From an uncultured Alphaproteobacteria bacterium (lineage in GTDB: Bacteria > Pseudomonadota > Alphaproteobacteria > RF32 > CAG-239): a stretch of 64,000 bases of DNA. Position numbers and translations under genes: made by a program. The notes under the pieces were generated by a model. The model saw only the letters and a list, made by a program, of their open reading frames with translations. It was not told where the DNA came from and did not search any database. This document shows, piece after piece, positions 9,716-21,500 of this stretch (the first letter of the stretch is position 1; each line of letters begins with the position of its first letter). The stretch is taken from NCBI GenBank assembly GCA_934276635.1, contig CAKQTH010000002.1:11822-75821 (forward strand), in the 5' to 3' direction.

Positions 9716-11809
9716 TTATTGATCTAAGAAACTGCGCAACTTACGCGATCTGCTTGGGTGTTTAAGTTTGCGCAAAGCTTTCGCCTCAATCTGACGAATG
9801 CGCTCACGCGTAACATTAAACTGTTGTCCGACTTCTTCAAGCGTGTGATCGGTATTCATTCCGATACCGAAACGCATACGCAAAACGCGTTCTTCACGCG
9901 GCGTCAGCGATGACAAAATCTTAGTGCAGGTTTCTCGCAGATTTTTGTGAATAGCCGAATCCAGCGGCTGCAAAGCGCTCTCGTCCGCAATAAAATCGCC
10001 CAAAGAAGAATCGTCTTCATCTCCGACCGGAGCCTCCAAAGACACCGGCTCTTTGGCAATTTTCATCACTTTTCTGACCTTTTCAAGCGGCATAGACAAC
10101 CGTTTTGCCAATTCTTCCGGCACCGGCTCACGCCCCATTTCCGCAAGCATCTGACGCGATGTTCTGACCAATTTATTGATTGTTTCAATCATATGAACAG
10201 GGATGCGAATCGTTCTTGCCTGGTCGGCAATCGAGCGTGTAATCGCCTGACGAATCCACCATGTTGCATATGTCGAAAACTTATAACCGCGGCGATACTC
10301 AAATTTATCAACCGCCTTCATCAAACCGATATTGCCTTCCTGAATCAAATCAAGAAACTGCAATCCGCGGTTTGTGTATTTTTTCGCGATAGAAATAACC
10401 AGACGCAAGTTTGCCTCAATCATTTCTTTTTTCGCTCTTTCGGCTTCTCTTTCGCCCTTTTTAACTGTATCTACCATCTTGCGGTATTCAGAAATAGGCA
10501 GGCCGCATTCTTGCGCCATTTGAGCAATTTCTTCACGCAAAAGGACAACTTCGGCGCCGTATTTTTCAACAAAAGCCTGCCAATGCTTGTCTTTTTTGGC
10601 TGAAATCTGCTTTATCCAATCCGGTGCAAGTTCAGATTGTTGATAAGCCTCAAGAAAATCTTCACGCTTAATTTTGCAAGATGTTGCATATCTGAGGAGC
10701 TTTCCTTCAAGCCCCATCAAACGCTTATTAAGCTCATTGAGTTGTTCAACCAGCTGTTCGATTCTGATGGCATTAAGGTGAATTGAGCTCATCAACTCAA
10801 CCAATTCTTTTTTGAGGTCGCGATATTTTTTCTCGGTTGCGGACGAAACTTTTTTGCCGTGCAAAATTGCGTCCATACGCAGATTTTGAATCTTGCACAA
10901 ATTGTCATAATTTCCCGCAATCTGGTTCAAAATTTCGAGCACCGGTTCAAGCAGCGCCGTTTCCATTGCCGAAACCGAGGTAGACGAATGACCGCCGTTT
11001 TCATCATCGGGATTGTCGCCGTCTTCACCGTCAATGTGGTTTTCCGAATCATCGGATTCGACATCACTTTCAGCATCGTTCATTTCATCATCGACCGTAT
11101 CGTCCAAATCGATATCGTTTTCCAAATCGTCATCAATATCGTCCAGATTCTTTTTTTCGAGCTCTTCGGCAACTTTCGAAAGGTCGTCAACCGGTGCGGT
11201 GTCCTCATCATCATATACCATCGCCTCGGTATCATCGCCGTACATCATTTCCAAATCAATGATATCGCGCAGCTGCATTGTTCCATTTACAAGTTCATCG
11301 CGCCAATTTGCAATAGCTTTAATCGTCATCGGGCTTTGGCACAAACCATCTATCATAACGGTTTTGCCAGCCTCTATTCTTTTGGCAATTGCGATTTCGC
11401 CTTCGCGCGACAACAGCTCGACAGTGCCCATTTCTTTAAGGTACATTCTGACCGGATCGTCTGAGCGGCCTAAGTCTTTTTCGTCAAAGTTTCCGGCATC
11501 GTTATCATCATCTTCATCAACATCTTCATCAACGGCATCTGATTCTCCGTCATAAGAATCGACTTCGGATTCTGAAATAATGTTTATCCCCATATCTGAT
11601 ATGGAAGACATAATATCTTCTATTTTTTCGGAAGATTCTTTTTCGAGCGGAAGAGCCTTGTTTAGTTCTTCTACCGTGATATATCCGCGTTCCTTGCCCT
11701 TTTCGACCAGCCGCTTTACGGTTGCGCCGAGTGAATCGACAAGAACGCTTCCTACTGAATCTTCTTCATAGAAATCCTGATTTTCTTTATCTGACATAAT
11801 TTTTCCCAA
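9716..11809 (-). CDS. rpoD: RNA polymerase sigma-70 factor RpoD
   Basis: 697 aa with an acidic region-1.1 insertion. Conserved regions 2-4 are present ([53 protein letters not shown]). Confidence 0.95.
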   Translation of the reverse strand: MGKIMSDKENQDFYEEDSVGSVLVDSLGATVKRLVEKGKERGYITVEELNKALPLEKESSEKIEDIMSSISDMGINIISESEVDSYDGESDAVDEDVDEDDDNDAGNFDEKDLGRSDDPVRMYLKEMGTVELLSREGEIAIAKRIEAGKTVMIDGLCQSPMTIKAIANWRDELVNGTMQLRDIIDLEMMYGDDTEAMVYDDEDTAPVDDLSKVAEELEKKNLDDIDDDLENDIDLDDTVDDEMNDAESDVESDDSENHIDGEDGDNPDDENGGHSSTSVSAMETALLEPVLEILNQIAGNYDNLCKIQNLRMDAILHGKKVSSATEKKYRDLKKELVELMSSIHLNAIRIEQLVEQLNELNKRLMGLEGKLLRYATSCKIKREDFLEAYQQSELAPDWIKQISAKKDKHWQAFVEKYGAEVVLLREEIAQMAQECGLPISEYRKMVDTVKKGEREAERAKKEMIEANLRLVISIAKKYTNRGLQFLDLIQEGNIGLMKAVDKFEYRRGYKFSTYATWWIRQAITRSIADQARTIRIPVHMIETINKLVRTSRQMLAEMGREPVPEELAKRLSMPLEKVRKVMKIAKEPVSLEAPVGDEDDSSLGDFIADESALQPLDSAIHKNLRETCTKILSSLTPREERVLRMRFGIGMNTDHTLEEVGQQFNVTRERIRQIEAKALRKLKHPSRSRKLRSFLDQ

Positions 11810-11952
11810 AAAACCGGTTTAGTTCTCCGCAAGCTTGTGCGGAAAAAAATTTGCTAGCGCGCTTTTTATACTTATTTTTCTCGTATTTGTCAATAGTTGC
11901 AAGCAATATAATTGCAATTTTGGCGAATTTAAATGCCTGCTTTTTGATATTA

Positions 11953-13719
11953 TTATAAATCTTTGAGTTCCAACAGAGCCCGTTGTTCGTTTTTCAGCGT
12001 TTGAAAACGGGTATATATTTCGTCGGAAAATTCCCGCGCCAGAGCGTTTGCACACTCCCTGATATCTCTTTCGAGCTGTTCGAGCTGAACTTCCGTAATT
12101 TTGTCATCAAGCTCCGCTTTAAGCTTTTGCGGCATAAAGTTTTGTTTTTTTATCATATCGATTTCCCAGAGTTTGGAAACAACTTCTTCCTTTCCGTTTT
12201 CCGCCAAAAAATCGCAGATATTTTTGTCTTCTCCGTTTTCATAATATGAAAGCACCGCATCAAGAAGATTTTTAAGCTCTCCGTCTTTGATGTCAAACAT
12301 CATAATTTTTTCTTCATAATCGCCGATAAGCTTAGGCTCGCAAATCAGCGCCGCCAGAATAAACCGCAACACGACATCGTTTACGACTTTGCTGCTGGCC
12401 TTTTGTTTTTGAGGCCTTTGCGCAAATTTTTCTTTTTTCTGCCACGATATCTGCCCGAATTTTTCATACAGCCTTTTTTTCATCTCCTGCTGATAATATC
12501 CGCGGACTTTTTCGTCTTTTATTGCGGCAATTTCTTCCATAATGTTTTTTTCGAGCAGAGCTTTTTCTTCAGGCGTATTAACATTTACAGCATCAAGATT
12601 TTTCTTCCACAACAAATCAACAAGCGGAACCGGTGCGTCCAATATTTTTTCAAACGCATCGGCGCCTTTTGCTTTCAAAAATTCGTCCGGATCCATTTTG
12701 TCCGGCAAAAAGATATATTGCAGAGAATATCCGGCCTTCAAAATCGGCAATGCTCTGTCAATTGAACGAATCGCCGCCTTAATCCCCGCTCCGTCGCCGT
12801 CAAAGCACAACAGAGGCTGCGGATTAACCTTCCAAGCCTCAATAATCTGATTTTCGGTCAACGCGGTTCCGAGCGGCGCAACGGCATAATTAAAGCCGTA
12901 TTTGTTCATTGCAATCACATCCATATAGCCTTCGCTGACAATCAGCCTTTTTGCGGCATATGCATTGTCGCGCGCAAAGTTCATATTATACAAAACCCTG
13001 CGTTTATTAAATATCGGCGTTTCCGGAGAATTCAGATATTTCGGCTGCAAATCGCTCATAACGCGGCCGCCGAACGCAATCACCCTGCCCTGCCTGTCCA
13101 TAATCGGAATCATTACCCTGTCGCGGAAAAAATCGTGCGGACTGCGGGTTTTGTCTTCCGGAATTGTGACCAACCCGAGCTCAACAAGTTCATTAAGCTC
13201 AATACCTTTGCCCGAAAGATATGCTTTCAAAGCATTGTTTGACGGGGCATACCCCATTCGGAATTTTTTGATAATTTTTTCATCAAAACCGCGGCCGTAA
13301 AGATAATTGAGCGCATTTTGCCCTTCCGGCAAATACAGTGTTCGCTCAAAAAACTTTGCCGCAAATTCCATAATGTCATATAACGACGCCCGTTTTTGCG
13401 CTTCAGCCGCATTTTCTTTCGAAAGTTTCGGAAGCTCCATACCGACTTTTGAGGCAAGCTTGCGCACTGCCTCAATAAACGGAAGATTGTTGGCATCCAT
13501 TTCAAACTTTACGATATCTCCGTGCGCGCCGCAGCCGAAACAGTGATAAAATCCTTTTGCCTCATTGACCGTAAAAGACGGTGTTTTTTCATGATGAAAC
13601 GGGCACAGACCGAGCCACTCACGCCCTTTGTGCGTAAGTTTTACCTTAGATGAAACAACATCAACAATCGAGATGCGAGCCCTGAGCTCCTCCAAAAACT
13701 TTTGCAGATCCGTTTCCAT
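11953..13719 (-). CDS. dnaG: DNA primase
   Basis: Zinc-finger CPFHHEKTPSF...CFGCGAHGD, a TOPRIM domain (EGYMDVIA), and the dnaG-rpoD arrangement. Confidence 0.9.
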   Translation of the reverse strand: METDLQKFLEELRARISIVDVVSSKVKLTHKGREWLGLCPFHHEKTPSFTVNEAKGFYHCFGCGAHGDIVKFEMDANNLPFIEAVRKLASKVGMELPKLSKENAAEAQKRASLYDIMEFAAKFFERTLYLPEGQNALNYLYGRGFDEKIIKKFRMGYAPSNNALKAYLSGKGIELNELVELGLVTIPEDKTRSPHDFFRDRVMIPIMDRQGRVIAFGGRVMSDLQPKYLNSPETPIFNKRRVLYNMNFARDNAYAAKRLIVSEGYMDVIAMNKYGFNYAVAPLGTALTENQIIEAWKVNPQPLLCFDGDGAGIKAAIRSIDRALPILKAGYSLQYIFLPDKMDPDEFLKAKGADAFEKILDAPVPLVDLLWKKNLDAVNVNTPEEKALLEKNIMEEIAAIKDEKVRGYYQQEMKKRLYEKFGQISWQKKEKFAQRPQKQKASSKVVNDVVLRFILAALICEPKLIGDYEEKIMMFDIKDGELKNLLDAVLSYYENGEDKNICDFLAENGKEEVVSKLWEIDMIKKQNFMPQKLKAELDDKITEVQLEQLERDIRECANALAREFSDEIYTRFQTLKNEQRALLELKDL

Positions 13720-13752
13720 AATATCCTCAGTCTGAGCCTGTTATCTTTCAGC

Positions 13753-14205
13753 TTATGACAACAAAGCTTTGATTTGTCCCGATGCTTTGCCGAAATCCAT
13801 CTGACCGGCATATTTTTCACGCAGAGCGGACATAACTTTACCCATATCTTTCATTGAAGCAGCGCCGGTTTGCGCAATAATTTCCTTAATTGCGGCAACG
13901 GTTTCTTCTTCATTGAGCTGACGCGGCAAAAAGCGCTCGATAACCTCTATTTCAGACTTTTCTTTAGCCGCAAGCTCTTCTCTTCCGGCCTGTTCATAAA
14001 TCGCTATCGATTCGTTTCTTTGCTTAATCATCGACTGCATCATTGCCATCAAGTCGGCATCAGAAGCCTGTGCCTGGCCTTTTCCTCTGGCCTCAACATC
14101 TTTTTCTTTTTGACCTGCGATAATCAGGCGGACGGCCGAGACCGTCGCCATATCGCGTGACTTCATAGCCTCTTTCAAGGCATTTTGCAAATTTTCTCTT
14201 AACAT
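13753..14205 (-). CDS. GatB/YqeY domain protein
   Basis: 150 aa with a typical YqeY N-terminus (MLRENLQNALKEAMKSRD...). It lies upstream of dnaG, as is common. Confidence 0.7.
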   Translation of the reverse strand: MLRENLQNALKEAMKSRDMATVSAVRLIIAGQKEKDVEARGKGQAQASDADLMAMMQSMIKQRNESIAIYEQAGREELAAKEKSEIEVIERFLPRQLNEEETVAAIKEIIAQTGAASMKDMGKVMSALREKYAGQMDFGKASGQIKALLS

Positions 14206-14223
14206 AACAAATTCCTCTCTATA

Positions 14224-16122
14224 CTAATCTTGCAAGCCCATCAAACGATATTTTACGCGAACATCATAATCGCGGGCAAAATCATTCATAATGCGATTTG
14301 CCATATCCGCCGAATATGCGTATGCGGCATTGCTTTCAATCATTGCCATTTCATTGGCCGAAAGCTTCGGAGCCTCTGTTTTCGAGCTTGAGGCCTGAAC
14401 GATTGTCTGAGCCTTTCCGTTGGTCAAAACTTTCGGAGACATCAGCTGTTCATGAAACAGTTCCATTACATTTGCAACCGTCAAATCACCGGATTGTTCG
14501 CCGCGTGACAAAGGCTTTGTCTGAACATATTTCAAATTAAAGCGGGCTGCAATATCTTTAAGATTGTCACCGTTTTCCAAATCATGCATAACATCGTTTA
14601 CGATTTCCTGCGCAATAACGGCTCTTTCGTTTTCTGCCCACATTTTTTCAATCTGTCCGCGGACTTCATCAACCGTTTTCGGGCGGGAATCCTCGATATT
14701 CTTTACCGAGACAATAACAAATCCCTGCTCGGTTTCAAGCGCCTGCGAAACTTCGCCGATATTATACGAAAACATTGTGTCGATAAAATCAGGCGATTTT
14801 ACGATTTCATCGGTCGTTTTTGCGGTTTTTGCATATGTGCCGTCTTCTGCCAATCCTTTGACTTCATACAGTTTGTAGCCCATTTGTTTTGCCACATTTT
14901 CAAGGCTTTCGCCGGCACCGAATTTATCCTCAATATTTGCAACAAATGCATACATATTGTCATACAGTTTGTCTTCTTTGATTTTTGCAACAATATCACG
15001 GCGCGCCTGCTGCCGATCCATTTTGTGCATCGGAACGATTTTTGCGACCTTCACGATATGCCAGCCGTTTTCCGAGAATATCGGCTTAGAAAATCCGCCG
15101 GACGGAAGCGCAAAAACTTCATCTTTGAGCTCATCAATCAGCATATCTTTGCTGACCTTGCCGAAATCGGTATCTTCTTTGCTTTGCGAAAGCATATCTT
15201 TTGCAACCGCATAAAAATCTTTGCCGGATTTCAGCTCAAAATATGCCTTGTTTGCGGACTGTTCGTCATCAAACATCATCTGCAAAACCTCTCTGGTTTC
15301 CGGCGTTTCATAATCTGCAATATTATCCTGATAATATGTTTCAATCTCATCATCATCAACCGTAATGCTCTTCATCACATCATCGTTTGAAATAATGATA
15401 AAGTCGGCGTCTCTGCGTTCCGGTTCAACAAAATCGGGCGCAAAGTCGGAATAATATTGCTCAACTTCGTCATCAGAAATTTTGCGTTCAATCGGAAGTT
15501 TTTGTTCGTCGATTGTAACATATTCAAAAACTCTCTTTTGTCCGGTCATTTTTGCCAGATATTGACTCAAAATTTTCGGCGGATAAAAATTGTTCAAAGC
15601 AGCGCCGAGCAAAATCTGGCGTTCTATATCTCTTCTGATGGAGCGAATATATTCCGCATCACTCACACCCGATTTTGAAAGAAATGTTTTCATCAACTGT
15701 GGAGAATATTTTCCGTCAATCTGAAACTGCGGCAGCGAAAAAATAACACTTTGCACGATTGCGTCGCTGATGCTGATATCATACTTTTTTGCGGTCCTGT
15801 CCACAATCAGAGCCATAACTTCGCGGTTTGCAATTCTCTGAATCATTTCGGCGCGTACGCTGTCGTCCTCGTCAAAATCATCGCCAAAAAGGCCGCGCAC
15901 CGCGTTTTGCTCTCTTTGTAACAGATATTGAAATTCGCCTTGCGAAAGTTCCATATTATCAACCTTAATCACAGGGCGGTTTTTGCCCGCGCTGCTCAAA
16001 TATCCGGACACGCCGAACAATGACATAAAACTCAAAGCCGTCAAAGTTAAAATCGCTTTTGCCGCCCAACTCTTCTGAGCCTTTGCTAACATATTTATCA
16101 TTTTACAAACTTTCCACTTCAA
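14224..16122 (-). CDS. ppiD: periplasmic chaperone/peptidyl-prolyl isomerase PpiD (SurA-N plus parvulin domain)
   Basis: N-terminal membrane anchor, a SurA-like N-domain, and a PPIC rotamase motif (SGGFSKPIFSENGWHIVKV). 632 aa. The true start is probably an internal Met (MINM or MLAKAQ). Confidence 0.75.
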   Translation of the reverse strand: MKWKVCKMINMLAKAQKSWAAKAILTLTALSFMSLFGVSGYLSSAGKNRPVIKVDNMELSQGEFQYLLQREQNAVRGLFGDDFDEDDSVRAEMIQRIANREVMALIVDRTAKKYDISISDAIVQSVIFSLPQFQIDGKYSPQLMKTFLSKSGVSDAEYIRSIRRDIERQILLGAALNNFYPPKILSQYLAKMTGQKRVFEYVTIDEQKLPIERKISDDEVEQYYSDFAPDFVEPERRDADFIIISNDDVMKSITVDDDEIETYYQDNIADYETPETREVLQMMFDDEQSANKAYFELKSGKDFYAVAKDMLSQSKEDTDFGKVSKDMLIDELKDEVFALPSGGFSKPIFSENGWHIVKVAKIVPMHKMDRQQARRDIVAKIKEDKLYDNMYAFVANIEDKFGAGESLENVAKQMGYKLYEVKGLAEDGTYAKTAKTTDEIVKSPDFIDTMFSYNIGEVSQALETEQGFVIVSVKNIEDSRPKTVDEVRGQIEKMWAENERAVIAQEIVNDVMHDLENGDNLKDIAARFNLKYVQTKPLSRGEQSGDLTVANVMELFHEQLMSPKVLTNGKAQTIVQASSSKTEAPKLSANEMAMIESNAAYAYSADMANRIMNDFARDYDVRVKYRLMGLQD

Positions 16123-16254
16123 TTCGTTATAATAAAAAATTCTCCCTGCATTATAATTTGTTAAATAATTTATGCAATCTCTAAATATTGATGTTGAAAA
16201 GTTTTTTTCTATATGCTAAAAAGTGCGCATTACATTAACTTAGAGGAAACAATT

Positions 16255-17010
16255 ATGAGCAGAAAATTGTTGATTGCCGGAAACTGGAAAATGAACGGTC
16301 TTTCAAAAGACGGCGTTTTACTGGCAAAAAGCATTGCACAAGACAGCAAAAAAATCGCTGATTGCGACTTTTTGGTTTGTCCTCCGTTTACGCTTTTAAC
16401 ATTGATTAAAAAATCTTTGCGTGGTTCAAAGGTCGCTCTCGGCGCGCAAGATGTACATTTTGAGACCAAAGGCGCCCACACTGGGGATATCAGCCCGCTG
16501 ATGCTTAAAGACGCTGGCTGCAAATTTGTTATTGTCGGCCATTCCGAAAGAAGGGCCGATCATTTTGAAAGCAACGAACTTGTATGCAAAAAAGCAAAAG
16601 CAGCACAAGACGCGGGTTTGACCGCGATTGTCTGCATCGGCGAAACCGCAGCACAGAGAGAAGAAAGCAAAACCATTGAAGTTTGTACAACTCAGATTAT
16701 GAATTCCGTACCGGAAAAATCAACATACAGAAATATTGTGATTGCATATGAGCCGGTTTGGGCAATCGGTTCCGGAAAGACTCCGACTCCGGCCGAAGTT
16801 GAAGCCGTACACACTGCTGTCCGCAAGGCTTTGGCAAAAAGGCTCTCAAAGGCTCAGGCCGCAAAAATCCGCATTCTTTACGGCGGTTCCGTAAAGCCGA
16901 ACAACGCGAAAGACTTTTTGTCGCTTGAAGATGTTGACGGCGCGCTTGTCGGCGGTGCCAGCCTGAAAGCGGAAGATTTTCTTGCTATTGCGGCTAATGC
17001 TTGTTGTTAA
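16255..17010 (+). CDS. tpiA: triosephosphate isomerase
   Basis: AGNWKMNG, HSERR and GGASLK motifs. The start was moved to the ATG at 16255 (ribosome-binding site GAGGAAA); the upstream ORF-track extension is not conserved. Confidence 0.9.
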   Translation: MSRKLLIAGNWKMNGLSKDGVLLAKSIAQDSKKIADCDFLVCPPFTLLTLIKKSLRGSKVALGAQDVHFETKGAHTGDISPLMLKDAGCKFVIVGHSERRADHFESNELVCKKAKAAQDAGLTAIVCIGETAAQREESKTIEVCTTQIMNSVPEKSTYRNIVIAYEPVWAIGSGKTPTPAEVEAVHTAVRKALAKRLSKAQAAKIRILYGGSVKPNNAKDFLSLEDVDGALVGGASLKAEDFLAIAANACC

Positions 17011-17033
17011 ACATATATAATAAGGAAAATATC

Positions 17034-17441
17034 ATGGGAACAGTTTTGTTAGTACTTCACCTTTTGGCAGCTATCTTTTTGGTAGTTTTGATTTTGATGC
17101 AGCGTTCGGGCGGCGGCGCTTTGAGCGGACTCGGCGGCGGCAACGGCGCGAGCAGCTTTTTGAGCGCACGCGGCAAAGGCAACCTTTTGACCAGATTGAC
17201 CGCGATTTTTGCCGTAATTTTCTTTGCGACGAGTATTGCATTGTCAATTTATCACAAAGGTTCTGACACAAAGTCGGTTTCGCTTTTGGACACGGCTCCG
17301 GTTGCGGCCACAATTCCGGCTGCGGATATCAATGTTCCGGCTGAGGCTGAGGCTCCGGCCGAAGAAACAACTGCCGCCGAGGCTCCTGCCGCACCTGAGG
17401 CACCGGTTGCTGAAGCACCGGAAGTTCCGGCTGCCGAATAG
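17034..17441 (+). CDS. secG: preprotein translocase subunit SecG with an Ala/Pro/Glu-rich C-terminal tail
   Basis: MGTVLLVLHLLAAIFLVVLILMQRSGGG...LTRLTAIFAVIFF is typical SecG. The tpiA-secG adjacency is classic. Confidence 0.8.
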   Translation: MGTVLLVLHLLAAIFLVVLILMQRSGGGALSGLGGGNGASSFLSARGKGNLLTRLTAIFAVIFFATSIALSIYHKGSDTKSVSLLDTAPVAATIPAADINVPAEAEAPAEETTAAEAPAAPEAPVAEAPEVPAAE

Positions 17442-17443
17442 CG

Positions 17444-17980
17444 ATGTCAAACGACGCAAAATTTTTGTTATTGTCTTGCTGCGCACCCTGTTCGTGCGCA
17501 GTAATTCGTTGTTTGGCCGAACAAAACAAAGGTTTTGCTGTTGTTTTTTACAATCCGAACATCAGACCGCTGGCCGAATATGAAAAAAGACGCGACGAAA
17601 ATTTGCGCCTGTGTAAAATGTACGGCGTTCCGTTTATTGAGCTGGAATATGACAACAACCGCTGGTGCGAATTAACCAAGGGTCTTGAAAACGAGCCGGA
17701 GCGCGGAAAAAGGTGCAGTGTGTGCTTTTATATGCGGCTGAAAAGAGTTATGGAATACGCCAAGGAGAACGGATTTTGCGCGGTTGCGTCGGTTTTGGGC
17801 GTTTCAAGGTATAAAGATTTGAATCAGGTAAACGAGGCGGCGTTCAAAGCGTCTGCCGAAACCGGAATGCCCTATTTGGAGATTGAGGGGCGCAAAAACG
17901 GAATGCAGGATTTGCGCAACCGGCTAATCAAAGATCTGAACCTGTACAGCCAAACCTATTGCGGCTGTAAACCGAGATAA
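17444..17980 (+). CDS. queH: epoxyqueuosine reductase QueH (DUF208)
   Basis: LLLSCCAPCS motif near the N-terminus and a CxxC cluster. 178 aa. Confidence 0.7.
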   Translation: MSNDAKFLLLSCCAPCSCAVIRCLAEQNKGFAVVFYNPNIRPLAEYEKRRDENLRLCKMYGVPFIELEYDNNRWCELTKGLENEPERGKRCSVCFYMRLKRVMEYAKENGFCAVASVLGVSRYKDLNQVNEAAFKASAETGMPYLEIEGRKNGMQDLRNRLIKDLNLYSQTYCGCKPR

Positions 17981-18458
17981 CAAAACAGAGGCGAAAACCT
18001 CCGTCTTTTCTGCGGTGCATAAATCAGACAAACGACATCAGCATATATATAATAAAGAATCTGCCCCATTTATTCAGCCTTCCGAATTTTTTAATTTTTG
18101 CGGTCAGCGGCGTTAAGAAATAAGCAACAAAAAAAAAGCACTTTGGACACAAACAAATCTTCTCTGTAATCTCTTTCATTATCTATCCAGCCGATAATTG
18201 TTAATATCAATGGTGGTACAACCATTATCAACAAGAGAAACAGCATTGCTTCTTTTATAAAATATCCAGTTTTTTTTCAAATCCATTTTTTCTCCTTAAT
18301 ATTATCTTAGCCAAATAAGAATAAAAATCAATGAATCATTCTCCCTCAGCTCAAGGATTTTATTCATATTTTTCACTCAGAATCAGATGGTTTGGTAAAT
18401 TTTGTCGAAAAATCAATGTTTTGTCGAATAAAAATCTTAACGAAAGGTTAAAAAATCG

Positions 18459-18489
18459 TTGACAACACCTCACCGGGGGGGGGTAGAAT
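18459..18489 (+). promoter_or_regulatory. sigma-70-like promoter with a G9 homopolymer in the -35/-10 spacer (candidate phase-variable promoter)
   Basis: TTGACA (18459-18464), a 19-nt spacer that contains GGGGGGGGG (18475-18483), then TAGAAT (18484-18489). This lies 95 nt upstream of the autotransporter ATG. Confidence 0.55.
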
Positions 18490-18584
18490 ATATGTGTAAA
18501 TGGAATCGTAAAGGCCGTGTAACACATTGTTTTTATGCATTTATGATTCGGGGATAATTTTTAAGAGATTACAGGGGACGGAAT

Positions 18585-21500
18585 ATGAAAAATTATGTTT
18601 TCAAGAGAATTCTGTTAACAACAAGCGTGGCTTGCGGCGCGCTTTTTGTCTCGGGGAATGTAAATGCGGCAACCGTGTCTACATGGGAAGAATTTAAGGC
18701 GGCGATTGCGGCCGGAGAAAGCGAGATTGTGCTTGCGGACAACCTGACGGCGACCGATATAATCACAATTACAAGTCCGCTCAGCATCAAGAGCGCGGAC
18801 GGACAGGTTTATAAAATTTCTGCGGCTGACGGGCTGAAATTTTCCGACTCCTTTATCAAATATACCGGCACATCGTCTTCTCCGCTGCTTAATTTGAGCA
18901 ATGTGCAGATTTCAAACATTTACCGTTTTAACAACACCAACGCCGGAACATACGCTGGCGGCGTAATCAACAACTCGGGCAAAATCGGCACGATTGACGG
19001 TGTGTTTTCTGACAACAAAATGGAATATAATCTAGACAGCGGTGGGCATACCAGAGTGTACGGCGGTATAATCTATAACAGTTCGTCCGGCTCCATAGAT
19101 AAAATCGGCGGCACATTTTCCAGCAACGACTTTGTCAGCCGCGTTCCGTGGAGCAGCCTCAACTCCTGGGGCGGCATAATCAGCAACCAGGGCACTATCA
19201 ACGAAATTGATGCAAACTTTATCGGAAACACTATGTCGACAGAAGATTATAGAGATAACTATACTTATGGCGGAATAATACAATCGAGCGGAAAAATCGG
19301 CACAATCAGAGGATTGTTCAAAGACAATATATTAAAATATTACAACTACACCAGCTACTGGAATGAGCAAAGGGGTAGTTTGATGTATATACAAAACGGG
19401 GTAGACAATATCTATGCCGACTTTATAAACAACTCCCTATATAATGAAGCCAATGACACTCTGACACGTGTCCACGCATCTTTAAACTTAGGTTTTATAA
19501 CCTTGCAATATAACAATATAAACGATTTTGTATCGTCTTTTGCTGAAAATAAGATGAATGTAACACTTACCGGAAACGGTAACGGATTTGTCAGAATAAA
19601 TGATATATACCAGACAACCGCAAAAAATATTGTGTTTGATATGCATAACAACAAAGTTGATGCAACAGCTGAAGGTTATATATATTATGAAAGCTTCAAC
19701 ATGGAAGGGGATTCAACTGATGTTACATTTAATAATTCCAAATTCTATGAAAATGAAACAACATTAGAATCCACCACAAAAAACATTTATGCCTCCGGCT
19801 TAATGACTGTATCCAGCAGCGGTGCGAAAGCAACATTTAACAATGTGCTGTTTAAGGACAATATTACTACCGCAGTCGGGAATTCGACCATCAGCGGCGG
19901 CGGTATCAAAAACAACGGTACATTAAACATTAACACCGCGCTTTTTGAAAACAACCTGATTAATTCCACAAATGCGGCAAACGGCGGAGCAATTTCCAAC
20001 GCAAAAACCGCCTCGATTATTGCTGATTTTGTCGGCAACAAAGCTTTCGCCGGAACGGATACTTCCACCGACACCAACGCCGTGGCCAGAGGTGGCGCGG
20101 TTTACAACTCCGCAGCCGGAACAATCGAAAAGCTCAGCGGCGTATTCTCTGACAACAAAGCGTATGCGATCGGCAAAACAAAATCTTCCGCTCTCGGCGG
20201 CGCGGTCTATAACAAAGGAAACCTCACTCTTTCTAATATCGTGATGGCCGACAACAACGCGGTTGCCGAAACCGGAACAGCCGACGAAACAAACAAGCCG
20301 GAAGCGCTCGGCGGTGCGGTTTATAACCTCGGAGATTTGCATATCAACGGTTCTGACGGCTTTGAAAACATTATCTCCGGCAACAAGGCGACTACCAAAA
20401 TCGGCGAGACCGAAAACACCGTGCAAAACGGAATATACACCGCCGCGGCCGACAAGAATGTATTTGTTAATATGACGACCGATTCAAAACTGTTCGTCTA
20501 TGACACCATCGACGGCGTTGAGGCCGGATACAACCTAAAATTTGACGGCGATGAAACCGGCCAGGCGTTTATTTATAACAATATTATCAACGCCAACATC
20601 TTTTTGGACAATATGTATCTGAACATTGCTCAAGAAGAATATCTCGACAATGCGAAAACTCTGACGCTTTCTTCCGGTCATTTGGATTTGATGAACGGAA
20701 AAGTCGGAACAATCCGCCCGGCAATGACTTTGACCGGCAATGTTCTGCTCTCCGTTGATGTCGATTTGTCCAACAAAATTATGGACCGCTTTGCCGATGG
20801 CGCAACCGCTACGGCCGGAAAACTCACAATCTCGCAGATAAATCTTCTTTCTGACGCTCTGCAAGATGTTGTGTATGTTCCGTTTGCCGAAGACAGCTGG
20901 CGCGACAAAGTTGATACCACCGTTACCGACGCCGTATATTCGAGCATCTATAAATATACGGTTTCGTACGAGGCTGACGGCGACGAAAACGGCGAAAATC
21001 GCGGCTCGTTCAAATTTGTCCGCACTTCGGTCATAAACCCGAATATTGAGGCGTCTTCAATCGCGGGAATCATCAACGGGGCAATGACGCAAGGCTTGAT
21101 TTATCAAAAAGCCCTGCAAGGCACCGATAACGCCGCACTCATCGGCCTCGGTATGTCTTCCGGCGATGAAAAGAGCGAATACGCTATCGGACAAATGTGG
21201 ATAAGACCGTTCTTGAGCAAAGAAAATGTTGATCTCAAATATTCCAACACCGTCCGTGCACAGGCTCGTGGTATGGTCTTTGGTATCGACAGCAACGACA
21301 TTCATCTTGACAACGGCGGAGAGCTCACAATCAGCCTCTATGGCGCAGTCGTCGACTCCGACCAAAAGTTTGAGCAAAACAAAGTTAAACAAACCGGAGG
21401 CAACCTCGGCGGATCTATCGTGGCAACATACGGCGACTTCTTTGCCGCAGTCACCGCCAATATCGGTATGAGCGATAATGAAGTCAACACCGTCACCGGC

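Noticed and set aside
11013-11555. 180-aa Ser-rich ORF antisense to rpoD (also 10859-11464 and 9947-10603)
   Set aside because: These are the mirror image of the acidic D/E-rich region of rpoD. The low-complexity composition is a typical antisense artefact.
14584-15390. 268-aa plus-strand ORF inside ppiD
   Set aside because: Antisense to a well-supported ppiD CDS. Phe/Cys/Ile-rich junk composition.
18094-18286. Two tiny minus-strand ORFs (35 aa with an AAGGAG ribosome-binding site; 50-aa hydrophobic) in the 600-bp intergenic region upstream of the autotransporter
   Set aside because: They are too short to support without conservation or expression data. They may be leader peptides or noise. 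I flag the region only as an unusually long AT-rich regulatory region.
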